41,715 bases of DNA, taken from positions 1-41,715 of IMG/VR virus record IMGVR_UViG_3300045988_134432; one strand, given 5' to 3'. Of this stretch, positions 8,601-16,502 are shown one piece after another. Position 1 is the stretch's first letter. Each line of letters opens with the position of its first letter. The position numbers and the translations under genes are program-made. This stretch comes from a virus. The notes beneath the pieces are model-generated. The model did no database searches. It was not told where the DNA came from and worked only from the letters and a program-made list of their open reading frames with translations.

Positions 8601-11109
8601 TGGCTGCCATCATTGCATCATAGTATTTTGTCAGATCATTAGAAGCTTTCTTATATTCATCACTGCTTGTTGTTATCTTCCTTTGGTTTACCTTTGCGGT
8701 AACCTGATTCATTTTTTCAACAGCGGCATTATATTTGTTTGTTGCTTCTGTCTTTTTCTTAATAGCATTTTCATTTTCAATGTCAGCTTTGGCTACTTTG
8801 GATGCGGCACTTTCCATCCCTTTTTGGTAAGCCTTAGCCATTGCCTGTTCTTTTAGCGCTGCAATATTCTTTTTGATCGCAGAAGTGGACTTATTTAGCT
8901 TATCTGCTTCTTTGTCATACTCAAGATTCAGCCATGGTAATAATTCATTTAATTGTTTAACTACACTTACAATCTGTGCTTTTGTCCCGGCGCTCTTATG
9001 CTCAACATTCATCAGTTTTGTTAATCTCTGATACAGCTGATCTGCCTGAACACCATTTGCACGTGTAGAATCTACATTTTTCTGATTTTCTTTATGTAAG
9101 CTCTTGATCGATGCTGCCATCTCTTCTTGTTTCTTTTTGAGTTTTGTACAAGAAGAATAGTATCGATCCGCTTCTGTAACCGCTTTTTTCTGTGTCAAAG
9201 CATATGCTGCGACTCCTGCTGTTAATGCTCCAACCGCAACAACTCCTAAACCTACTGGACCGCCAAGTGCTGTACACGCTGCATTAAAAGTTCCTGTTGC
9301 TGCTGTTGCAAGAGAAATCTTACCTGTAAAGATTCCAACGACTGTCTGCAGTGCAGTCAAACCACCCTGTTGTGCCACTAAGGTGATTGCATTTGCCTGC
9401 TCCATTGTTTTTAAGGCACTAAAAGCTGTAGTTAATGCTGTAACTCCTTTAGATGCAGTGTTGAAAACTTTAACTCCGGCCCAGGCCCCCATGAATGATG
9501 TCGCAAGCGGAATAACTGCGCCCATGTTGTCCCCAAGCAGTTTTGTAGAAGTGGCCAATACTTTTACTCCACCTTTACCAACTACCATAGCCACTTTTCC
9601 CAAGTTCTCGACAGTATTTATAGCTTCTTCAGGAACAATTTTTTTAATTCCACCATTTTCAAGTTTCCTTGATAGATTTCCTAAAGCTTTATTCGCTGTT
9701 GCTACACCTTTTACTAATGGCTTTTCAAAAGAACTATATACTGAAATTCCAATATCATTTAACTTATTTTTTGTCATTTGCAATTGGGATTCCATTGTTT
9801 TGTATCTTGTTTCAGCTTCTTTGGTAAGGGCTGTATTTTTATTCCAAGCTTTCGTTCCTATTTTTAAAGCTTCTGTAAATGTACCAGATGCTCCTGCTGC
9901 ACGTAATAATGCATCTCTAATTCTTACATCTGACAATCCCATATCATTTAAGGTTTTAATTGCACTTCCACCATTTTTATTGATTTTATCCAATCCATTA
10001 ATAAATGATAAAACTGCTCCTGCTGCGTCATTTTTAAAAGCCTTTTTAAACTGTTCTCCACTCATTCCTGCTACAGTAGCAAAACTATTCAAACTCTTTC
10101 CGCCTTGTACTGTTGCAAGATTCATTTTTGACAACAATGTAGAAAAGGCTGTTCCACCTGCTTCAGCTTCAATTCCAACAGAACTTAATGCTGCAGAAAA
10201 TGACATGATTTGTGCTTCTGATAAACCAACTTGAGATCCAGCTCCAGAAATTCTTGTTGCCATTTCTACAATTTCTTTTTCTGTTGTTGCCATATTGTTT
10301 CCAAGTGCAACTACCGTAGATCCTAATTTATCAAAATTTTTCTGGCTCATTCCTGTAACATTAGCAAACCTTGCCATTGATGTTGCTGCCTCTTCCGAAG
10401 ATAAATTGGTAGCATCTCCAAGCATAACCATTGTCTTTGTAAATCCTGCAACAGATTTTGTTTTAATGCCCAATTGTCCTGCTGCCTCAGCTACTCCTGA
10501 AATCTCTTCCACGGACTCTGGCATTTCTTTCGCCATTCCACGAATATCTTTTCTGAGCTTTGAAAGTTCTTCACTCGTAGCATCTACAGTTTTTGTCACG
10601 CCTGTAAACGCACTTTCAAAACTTATTCCGGAATTTGCAACTTCTTTTACTGCTGTTCCAATACCTACTGTAGCCGCCATTGTTTTTATCAGTCCCGCCA
10701 TTTTAGAACATGCACTTTCTGTACTTGCTACAGTACTTTGATTAGATTTTTCCCAAGATTTCTTTGTGCTATCTGAACTCTCTTTTGCAGTATCTTTTAC
10801 TTTTTTATGAGACCGTTGCATCTTCGTAGATGCAGACTCTGTTCCCTTTGCAGCTGAATCAGCTCCTTGTTTGGCTGCCTGTCCTGCTTTCGATGCTGAA
10901 TCTTTTGCACTCTTTTCTACTTGCTTTCCAGTTTTCTCTGCGGATTTAGCAACTTCTTCTACACTCTTTTGTGCTTGATCAGAAGCTTTATCTATATCCT
11001 GTGCTGTACTCTTAGAAGAAGACTCAACTTCTTTCTTAAGATCATTTAATCCTTTTTCTGCACCAGAATTATCCAGTTTGGTTTCTATTGTAACTGTACC
11101 ATCTGCCAT
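5674..11109 (-). CDS. Tail tape measure protein
   Basis: 1811 aa and rich in A, K and E. It has a TP901-type core (ATTEKEIVEMATRISGAGSQVGLSEAQIMSFSAALSSVGIEAEAGGTAFSTLLSKM), hydrophobic glycine-rich segments and internal repeats. The RBS is GAGGTG. It lies between the chaperones and Dit. Confidence 0.92.
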   Translation of the reverse strand: MADGTVTIETKLDNSGAEKGLNDLKKEVESSSKSTAQDIDKASDQAQKSVEEVAKSAEKTGKQVEKSAKDSASKAGQAAKQGADSAAKGTESASTKMQRSHKKVKDTAKESSDSTKKSWEKSNQSTVASTESACSKMAGLIKTMAATVGIGTAVKEVANSGISFESAFTGVTKTVDATSEELSKLRKDIRGMAKEMPESVEEISGVAEAAGQLGIKTKSVAGFTKTMVMLGDATNLSSEEAATSMARFANVTGMSQKNFDKLGSTVVALGNNMATTEKEIVEMATRISGAGSQVGLSEAQIMSFSAALSSVGIEAEAGGTAFSTLLSKMNLATVQGGKSLNSFATVAGMSGEQFKKAFKNDAAGAVLSFINGLDKINKNGGSAIKTLNDMGLSDVRIRDALLRAAGASGTFTEALKIGTKAWNKNTALTKEAETRYKTMESQLQMTKNKLNDIGISVYSSFEKPLVKGVATANKALGNLSRKLENGGIKKIVPEEAINTVENLGKVAMVVGKGGVKVLATSTKLLGDNMGAVIPLATSFMGAWAGVKVFNTASKGVTALTTAFSALKTMEQANAITLVAQQGGLTALQTVVGIFTGKISLATAATGTFNAACTALGGPVGLGVVAVGALTAGVAAYALTQKKAVTEADRYYSSCTKLKKKQEEMAASIKSLHKENQKNVDSTRANGVQADQLYQRLTKLMNVEHKSAGTKAQIVSVVKQLNELLPWLNLEYDKEADKLNKSTSAIKKNIAALKEQAMAKAYQKGMESAASKVAKADIENENAIKKKTEATNKYNAAVEKMNQVTAKVNQRKITTSSDEYKKASNDLTKYYDAMMAANKAVEQSGKNLNAAQKELTTYTDKYTAQTNYTEYLKSLDDLAKQAKIKASDIPKSVGEGIKQGVYANPTSGKELKSLIKLDDLVNSDQLAKMQEQGMKIPQYLAQGISDGSVSFKTAATQLGNAINWEDLIQQVKDKGKEVPDSIAQGISSGQYAVPASIKAVENLVTFEGLKTKALQGGIEVPDYLANGITSGSMKPEEAVKALSNLVSFQDMIDKAGIEGSKVPTELATRVAQGQISVQAAVKQLTDAVGKESEKTAQKTSDAKKKIESNTKLKAPDNSATTNSLKKVAKASNEASSSLKKNQTEIKKASKIPATDNTQSAKTTFGAFPKEAKKASTEVKSSSKTLKSTATKTLAANDGAAKKAGAKLGNDFAKGIASKSGAAKSAGSKVAKAGSSGASAQKSSFVSVGSNLSAGIASGIRSNSGAVSAAARETVRAAVVAAKAEGKIHSPSRVMDSDVGKWMPLGMAAGIRKHTKDVEDASGEMANASVEATATALGIHSPSRVYKDAVGKNIPKGVAKGVREGQTELNAEMNLAVNEALYAAKSASKKGNYSDIGNNLVSGISEALNTAKSRSSETVQEIIDQQTSKVSSKHDTAEKNLQDKISKTKNKKKKAKLKKQLKKLKKQNAAEEKQLKIAGEKTAAAYNDAFEKEADRLNKIAQEKLQELSDEYQEAYNNIKSKMDSLTDKQQAWGNIYNLDQNIMDIEKYQKNLKSLENKIPESMMEKILGMDIDAGNAYMAWFQHMSEAEQQAYINKWNQQQSMSKTFSENFFGDDLAKLQANYESEMKTVTDDLQKEMKQAGVNIAKGLTAGMESETRNLSKSMKKICQNIIKTAKKTLKIHSPSREFAKIGSYDIQGAIKGHEKEAPNLYKQMGTISQNMAQKFAKAKLNVQDIQSRMQDAINLQMQTITTRMQPVMQTDSANGSESVVYTGPERIEVPVIVDGREITRVIAPYMDTELSTRATRKSRGGV
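7861..8312 (-). repeat. Four tandem ~38-42-aa repeat units inside the tape measure protein
   Basis: The units begin KIPQYLAQGISDGS..., VPDSIAQGISSGQ..., VPDYLANGITSGS... and VPTELATRVAQGQ... Each is followed by a (K/A)A(V/A)..L segment. Confidence 0.7.
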
Positions 11110-11220
11110 GTCTTCACCTCGTCAAATACCTATATACCTAAAAATCTAAAGTTTCTAAGCTATTTGACGTCCTGGGTGCTCAACCTGCAGATCCAAGCTC
11201 TCGCCTGTTCGCTTCTCTTA

Positions 11221-11868
11221 TCACAATATTCCTGACAGATCACCGCCATTTAGCAGTATCTGCGTTATCTCATCCTGTCTCTTCTTCTCTTCTTTGCTTA
11301 TCTCATCCGGAAGTGCATAGATCTTTTGCATCTCCCGTATCCTTTTTCTCTGTTCTTTGTCAAAATTCTTTAACTCAGCTCCACGATATCCGATGATCTC
11401 ACAGATTTTACAATCATCATGCAAGGCACTGAATAATGACATAAACTTCCACCAATGTAAAAAATCAATCTCAAACAGATCAATCTTATAATCCTGCATA
11501 AACCCTGCATTAATATAATCAAAATCATGTTCAAAGCTGATCACTTTCTTTTTTGTCTTTGCTTTCGAAGTTTCTTCTTTTCCACACGAATAAAACCACA
11601 GCATCTTTTCCATTGCTTCTTCCAGATCATCTGGAATGTTATCTTTATAGAAAATCTTTAACGCATCATAATACTTTGCGTTCGTGATTGCATCTTTTTC
11701 ATTGATCTCAATTTCCTTCATCATTTCCTTTGCAAAGTTCTTTTGATCTTCCGTGACTTCTTTTCCAAAGATAATTCCTTCTATGTTCATGATCGTTCGA
11801 AAGTCAGCATTGATCTCATATTTTTCACTCCCGATATCCACAGACACCGGGAGTTCTCTCCTGATCAT
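11221..11868 (-). CDS. Gp15-like tail assembly protein (Sfi11-type Phage_Gp15 family)
   Basis: 215 aa. The start overlaps the upstream stop (ATGA) and has its own AGGAG RBS. Its position between the tail chaperone and the TMP fits, and the N-terminus LPVSVDIGSEKYEINADFRTIMNIE resembles Gp15-family proteins as I recall them. Confidence 0.55.
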   Translation of the reverse strand: MIRRELPVSVDIGSEKYEINADFRTIMNIEGIIFGKEVTEDQKNFAKEMMKEIEINEKDAITNAKYYDALKIFYKDNIPDDLEEAMEKMLWFYSCGKEETSKAKTKKKVISFEHDFDYINAGFMQDYKIDLFEIDFLHWWKFMSLFSALHDDCKICEIIGYRGAELKNFDKEQRKRIREMQKIYALPDEISKEEKKRQDEITQILLNGGDLSGIL

Positions 11869-12215
11869 TCAGCTCCTAACATTTCAGCAATATCGTTTAA
11901 CGTTTTATCATGTGTTGATAACTGTGCATTTTTTATCTTATAAAGCTTTTTCACCGCCTTTGTTCTCTCCGATAAATCATGTTTTGAAGTAAACATCTTG
12001 TCTGATGCTCCATTTCCAAACAGTTTATCAAAAAATTTGCTAATCACTTCTGATTCATACGCAACACCCTCCGGCCCGATCGTACCAGTAGTTGCATTCT
12101 TTTTTTCATACTCTTCGAGTTCTTTCCACATTTCTTTACTTGTATCATTAAATTTCTTCAACATCTCCGCATCCATAATATTAAATGCAAATCTCTCTTC
12201 ATTCCAAATAAACAT
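11865..12215 (-). CDS. Tail assembly chaperone (gpG-like position)
   Basis: 116 aa, acidic. It is the first gene after the major tail protein. The assignment rests on synteny only. Confidence 0.5.
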   Translation of the reverse strand: MFIWNEERFAFNIMDAEMLKKFNDTSKEMWKELEEYEKKNATTGTIGPEGVAYESEVISKFFDKLFGNGASDKMFTSKHDLSERTKAVKKLYKIKNAQLSTHDKTLNDIAEMLGAE

Positions 12216-12256
12216 ATATCTTACTCCTTAATTCCAATTTCAAGCTTCGCTTTCGT

Positions 12257-12763
12257 TTACTCCGTTGCTGAATCCGGTGTAAATGTCTTTGTCTTTGTAT
12301 CAAATTTACCCATAACAGGATCTCCTTTGTCGTGAAGTGTTCCCTCAACCTGTAATTCTCCGTCATTATCAGAGAAACTTGAAATTTCAGCAGCTACGGT
12401 AAACATACGTGCTTTGAATACTGTCCCAGTGGTATCTCCCTCTACTTTTTCATCCAGATCAACGCGAACAAATTCACGTTCTGCATCCGCTCCTGTTTTT
12501 CTCTCTTTACCAATGCTGACCAGATCTTTAATGACCTTTTCGCTTGGAATCTGATCGGCTGTAAATCCGTGCTCACCTTCATAGCTTGTAATGCTTGATG
12601 TGGATGATTTATCATTGATATATTTTTTACTCGTTGTCTGTGCTCCTGGATCTTCATTTAACTCTGTAAAACCAGTTCCCATAAGTTCGAAGTTCTCTCC
12701 TACTTTTAAGTAAGAAGCTTCCTGATAACGCTGTTTTACTGTTTTGCTTGCTGTTTCTGCCAT
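12257..12763 (-). CDS. Major tail protein
   Basis: 168 aa. It lies between the head-tail connectors and the chaperones, with size and composition typical of a siphovirus tube protein. Confidence 0.65.
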   Translation of the reverse strand: MAETASKTVKQRYQEASYLKVGENFELMGTGFTELNEDPGAQTTSKKYINDKSSTSSITSYEGEHGFTADQIPSEKVIKDLVSIGKERKTGADAEREFVRVDLDEKVEGDTTGTVFKARMFTVAAEISSFSDNDGELQVEGTLHDKGDPVMGKFDTKTKTFTPDSATE

Positions 12764-12764
12764 T

Positions 12765-13202
12765 TTATATTCCTCCTAATTTCTGATAATAAATTAACTG
12801 GCACTGAATCTGGTACTGTGCTTTTGATGCATCTGCATTAAACACATATCCATTTGTCAGTGCCTGTATTTTAATTGCTCTTTTTCCTTTATCCATTTCC
12901 GGAAGATCATTATTGATCGTACATCGTTCCAACCAGTCTGAGAAATCTTCGTAAAACTCCGCCACATCGATATTCTCTGCAACGTCTGCCCCGAAGTACT
13001 CTCTACTTGCCAGGATAAAATTAAAACGGCGTTCTGTGTCACCGTTAATATACCGTTTTTTAATTGGCTGAGACGTTACAGATGCTTCAATCGCATAACT
13101 TTTTGTATCTTCCGGAAGATGTTCCACGCCAACCAGATCATCAAAAGTAGATAAACCTGGATAGTCCTGGATAAATGCTCTCACACTTGCGATTACACTC
13201 AT
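12765..13202 (-). CDS. Tail completion / tail terminator-like protein
   Basis: 145 aa. It is translationally coupled to its neighbours (ATGA overlap at 13199-13202). The assignment rests on synteny. Confidence 0.5.
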   Translation of the reverse strand: MSVIASVRAFIQDYPGLSTFDDLVGVEHLPEDTKSYAIEASVTSQPIKKRYINGDTERRFNFILASREYFGADVAENIDVAEFYEDFSDWLERCTINNDLPEMDKGKRAIKIQALTNGYVFNADASKAQYQIQCQLIYYQKLGGI

Positions 13203-13528
13203 TCTGCTTTCCCTCCAATAAATTTCGCAACAGATTCTGTAATCTGATCACCATTATTCGCCCAACACCTCTTATCCCATTCTTTGCCACGGAATCCACT
13301 GCCTTTGTTCTCCCAGTATTGTCTCTGTGCATATGGTTGCACATAAACAATAGAATCTTGATTCTCTATTGCAGTATTTTTTAGGACCCCATGATCAAAC
13401 GGAACATACGGATCCATTTTGTCCCGGAACTCTCCGACAAAAAATCTTTGTGCTGGTCCATTTTTCTCTAATCCTTTTAACTTAAGAATCTGTTCTGGCG
13501 AAAAATCTATCTTTACTTGTGTTGCCAT
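13199..13528 (-). CDS. Head-tail joining protein ('minor capsid' family of Sfi11/SPP1-like phages)
   Basis: 109 aa. The assignment rests on synteny within the connector gene block. Confidence 0.5.
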   Translation of the reverse strand: MATQVKIDFSPEQILKLKGLEKNGPAQRFFVGEFRDKMDPYVPFDHGVLKNTAIENQDSIVYVQPYAQRQYWENKGSGFRGKEWDKRCWANNGDQITESVAKFIGGKAE

Positions 13529-13939
13529 CTAAGCACCTCCGATTCTCCAATGTGGTAAACTGCCTCTTCGGTTATCTGAAAACGACAATACCTTTCCTGT
13601 GTACTGCTGCTTTAAAAATTCTGATTCTTTCTCAAAATCTTCTAACAACCCTTTTCCAAACAGATCCCCGTTGTTGATCGTCCAATACTTTTCTGCTTCT
13701 TCTGCAGATAATTCCCGATACTTGTCTGCATCGATATATTCTCTCCCTTCTGTATCTGCAGATAACGGGATGCGGATCTGATACAAATCGGCAGAACTGA
13801 GTCCCTGATCGGTAATAGTTGTCTGCTGCTTTGTGTAAAAATTAACACCTTTGATCTGAGTCTTTAAATAGATCTTTCGTGCTGTCTTTTTATCAACTCC
13901 GTGACTGTTATAGATCGTGAGGTCTGCATTTGTCATCAT
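13529..13939 (-). CDS. Head closure / head-tail adaptor protein
   Basis: The ORF track gives 13529..13978. The ATG ATG at 13939/13936 is preceded by a GGGGGTG RBS and gives a shorter overlap with the upstream gene, so it is preferred. Confidence 0.5.
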   Translation of the reverse strand: MMTNADLTIYNSHGVDKKTARKIYLKTQIKGVNFYTKQQTTITDQGLSSADLYQIRIPLSADTEGREYIDADKYRELSAEEAEKYWTINNGDLFGKGLLEDFEKESEFLKQQYTGKVLSFSDNRRGSLPHWRIGGA

Positions 13940-14315
13940 ATGGCCCACACCCCCTGTACAAGAGTCCTGTATGTGCAAGATAAGGATACGCCGCTTTCTT
14001 ACAACGGTGCTCCACAGTGCCTGTTGTTTTGCTCTGACTCGTCACAAAACTTACACTGTATCCATCGTTGTTCTCACTTGCGATCTCCCTTCCTGCATCA
14101 TCTTTTCTCATTCTATCCTGATACATTACATCTGCCACTGCACATGTGGCCAAGCTTACTTCTTCTGGAATCTCTGTCATATCATCGACTCTGGAAAATG
14201 TAAGAAACTTCACAAAAATACTCGCCTTTAAGATCATTCCAGGGAAAGCTTTCTCCGGTATGATCTCGCCATAAAATTTATTTTCGTAGAAATCCCTGTT
14301 TGCATATTCCACCAT
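13908..14315 (-). CDS. Head-tail connector (gp6-like) protein
   Basis: 135 aa. It is the first gene after the major capsid gene. The N-terminal DFYENKFYGEIIP... pattern resembles gp6-like connector proteins. Confidence 0.5.
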   Translation of the reverse strand: MVEYANRDFYENKFYGEIIPEKAFPGMILKASIFVKFLTFSRVDDMTEIPEEVSLATCAVADVMYQDRMRKDDAGREIASENNDGYSVSFVTSQSKTTGTVEHRCKKAAYPYLAHTGLLYRGCGPYDDKCRPHDL

Positions 14316-14328
14316 ACCGGATCACCGC

Positions 14329-15456
14329 CTATCCTCTGGAAATGATTCTTGCAATTGGAATTGCTTTATGATCGATTACTTTCTTATCTTGACCAGTTTT
14401 TCCGTTGTTGACAAGTTCCCAGTTAGATCCATCTGCAAGTTCTGCGTCTGTTGGCGAATTTGTAGCCTGTTTTTTCTTTGTATAAGAAATTCCATATGGG
14501 GCAAATACTTTTCTCTGTCTCATAAACAATGTATCCTCCCCACCATTTTTCATTGGATTACGATACATTTCATATGGGACTTTTGCACCAATGTCTTCGT
14601 AATCAAATGCTCCATCTCCTAATGCGAAGGTTGTATATTTCGTATAAGCTTCCTGTGCCGCAACATAACCAGACTCTCCTTTTGTTCCGCTTTCTTCTAC
14701 TGCAGCAACTTCTTCCGTTGGCATAGAGTCATCGATCAGAACTAAACGGCCATTCCATGTTGCAAGTGTTAACTGTCGTTCAATACCATTTGAATCAGTC
14801 TGAGTCATATATTTTAACAGCTTCAAATTTTCAAGATTTGTTGCAACTGCACTGTGCATGATCGCAATTGTGAATTTGGATTTATTATCCCCTGATGCTC
14901 TCTGTAAAGCTGTATTTAAAGTATCTGCCTGTACAACATTTTTAACATTCCCATCCTTATCTGTTGCAGTAACTTCTGTAATATCAGAAGTATGATTATC
15001 CACGAAAGTCTTGTTTTCTTTTCCTGTCATTGCAAAGATACCTTCCAGTTCTTTTACAATGGTCAACTGGTCAAGATCGGCTTTATAGTCATTCACCTGT
15101 GCTGCAACATTATCCATAAAGCTTACACCGCCTGTAATGTCTTCGGAAAAGTCTCGTTCTGTCCATCCTTTCATACGTCCAACTACAACAACACCTCTTT
15201 CGAATGTATCTGTGCTGTCCGATGTAAGATCGGTCTCGCCATCATAATTCTGTGCAGTTCCACCAATTAAACCATGCATTGGTAAAGTTGCATATGATGT
15301 TCCTGTCTGAGAACTGAACGTATTTTTAATATCCTGATTACCTTTTAAGGCTCTTGATTTGATCAGTTCGTTTCTTTTTAAATTTGGAATCCTCTCTGTA
15401 TAAGCACCAAATGCCTGAGGATTAAATGATTTAGAATCAAATTTTGCTCCTGCCAT
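14329..15456 (-). CDS. Major capsid protein
   Basis: 375 aa. The RBS AAGGAG precedes the start, and the gene directly follows the scaffold gene. Confidence 0.8.
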   Translation of the reverse strand: MAGAKFDSKSFNPQAFGAYTERIPNLKRNELIKSRALKGNQDIKNTFSSQTGTSYATLPMHGLIGGTAQNYDGETDLTSDSTDTFERGVVVVGRMKGWTERDFSEDITGGVSFMDNVAAQVNDYKADLDQLTIVKELEGIFAMTGKENKTFVDNHTSDITEVTATDKDGNVKNVVQADTLNTALQRASGDNKSKFTIAIMHSAVATNLENLKLLKYMTQTDSNGIERQLTLATWNGRLVLIDDSMPTEEVAAVEESGTKGESGYVAAQEAYTKYTTFALGDGAFDYEDIGAKVPYEMYRNPMKNGGEDTLFMRQRKVFAPYGISYTKKKQATNSPTDAELADGSNWELVNNGKTGQDKKVIDHKAIPIARIISRG

Positions 15457-15471
15457 TTTTTACTCCTTTAT

Positions 15472-16068
15472 TTAAATTTCTGCTCCGGGATTCTGTTCCA
15501 TATAGTCACAGAGTTCCGAATATGTCATTTCACTTGGTTTCTTTCCACCAATACCGCCGGAACCACCATTTGTTCCTTTAACGATTGTTGGTGCAGGTTC
15601 ATCGCTTTCAAACAAAAAGCCGTTTTCTTCCTTGATCTGTGACAGCTGTTCGTCTAAACCAATGATCTTTCCATCGTTTAGTTTCAGTCCGTCCATATCA
15701 AGTAACGCTTTAACCGCTTTGCTGTTTCTGGCTTTCGCTCCTGCCAATGCTGCAGTTAACGCATAATCAAATTTCATTTCTGAAATCTGAGCATCTGCAT
15801 CACTCTTTGCTTTCTCAGCTTTCTCTTTCCAGTCATCTGCTGCCTGCTTGATGCCGTCAATATCCATGTCTTTAAACTTCTGAATCTCTGCATTTGCATC
15901 GTTTACCTGAGTTTCAAGATTCTCCGCTTTAAGCTTATAGCTGTCTCGCTCCTGAGTGATCTTCTCTGCTTTCTTCTGTTCTGCTGCGATATCCTTTCCG
16001 TTCTCAGCCATGATCTTATCGATCACTTCCTGGGAAAGATTTAAACCTTTTAAAAAATCTGTTTTCAT
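15472..16068 (-). CDS. Scaffolding protein (GP20-like)
   Basis: 198 aa. It is a coiled-coil, acidic protein (MKTDFLKGLNLSQEVIDKIMAENGKDIAAEQKK...). The RBS is GAAAGGAG, and the gene sits upstream of the capsid gene. Confidence 0.8.
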   Translation of the reverse strand: MKTDFLKGLNLSQEVIDKIMAENGKDIAAEQKKAEKITQERDSYKLKAENLETQVNDANAEIQKFKDMDIDGIKQAADDWKEKAEKAKSDADAQISEMKFDYALTAALAGAKARNSKAVKALLDMDGLKLNDGKIIGLDEQLSQIKEENGFLFESDEPAPTIVKGTNGGSGGIGGKKPSEMTYSELCDYMEQNPGAEI

Positions 16069-16297
16069 GTTACTATGCTCCTTTCGTATTAGGTTGTTTT
16101 AGGCGTGTAACCGACCGCCACGAACCGACTGTTTAAGGTCTGATCAGCTGACCAATGTTATTTCTTTGCATAAAAATAACACCCAGATCTCTCTGCGTGT
16201 CCTCTGCAGCTTAACCCTGCTGCGGGGAGATATTTGGATCACCATCCCTTCTATTCTGCTGACTTCATGTTTCGCTGCTCCTTTCTTAAAATTTCGT

Positions 16298-16328
16298 ATA
16301 AAAATACCACCTGACATTGATCAGGTGG
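16298..16328 (-). terminator. Rho-independent terminator after the zinc-ribbon ORF
   Basis: The stem is CCACCTGA (16307-16314) / TCAGGTGG (16321-16328) with a 6-nt loop. On the minus strand it is followed by a U-rich tract (UAUUUUUAU). Confidence 0.65.
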
Positions 16329-16331
16329 CGT

Positions 16332-16496
16332 TTAATCTAAATTAAGTTTTTCTTTACATGCATCGCAATAAAATGATTTTGTTGTTTTTGGATTTCCAAC
16401 TGGCACTAACTTTCCTTTTTTGCATAATGGACAAGTTGCTTCTTGCCCTTGTCTTACTTTTTTAATTGCTTCATCAACTTCATCCCAAAATCTCAT
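16332..16496 (-). CDS. Small zinc-ribbon protein (54 aa), not in the ORF track
   Basis: My manual translation gives MRFWDEVDEAIKKVRQGQEATCPLCKKGKLVPVGNPKTTKSFYCDACKEKLNLD, with two CxxC pairs. A GGAGG RBS lies 9 nt upstream of the ATG and overlaps the MuF stop codon. A terminator follows immediately. Confidence 0.65.
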   Translation of the reverse strand: MRFWDEVDEAIKKVRQGQEATCPLCKKGKLVPVGNPKTTKSFYCDACKEKLNLD

Positions 16497-16502
16497 ATAT
16501 AA

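Noticed and set aside
9383-10741. Long plus-strand ORFs (283 aa and 148 aa) and many shorter ones opposite the tape measure gene
   Set aside because: They are shadow ORFs antisense to a compositionally biased (A/K/E-rich) 1811-aa gene. They lack an RBS and have hydrophobic low-complexity translations. The same reasoning applies to the other plus-strand ORFs inside minus-strand structural genes.
11928-11934. Slippery heptamer A_AAA_AAT near the end of the tail chaperone gene (possible gpG/gpGT -1 frameshift)
   Set aside because: The -1 frame terminates after about 8 codons (KKCTVINT-stop), so no extended product is possible. The downstream Gp15-like gene has its own AGGAG RBS and ATG.
16207-16215. 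The 9-mer CAGCTTAAC shared between the 16.2-kb gap and the 26.4-kb hairpin arm, as evidence that the three non-coding islands are one family
   Set aside because: A single shared 9-mer is near chance expectation. The 16.2-kb helices have opposite strand polarity of their G:U pairs and no arm homology. I also saw GCTTAAC once inside a coding region (about 23634). This is noted as a weak motif recurrence only.
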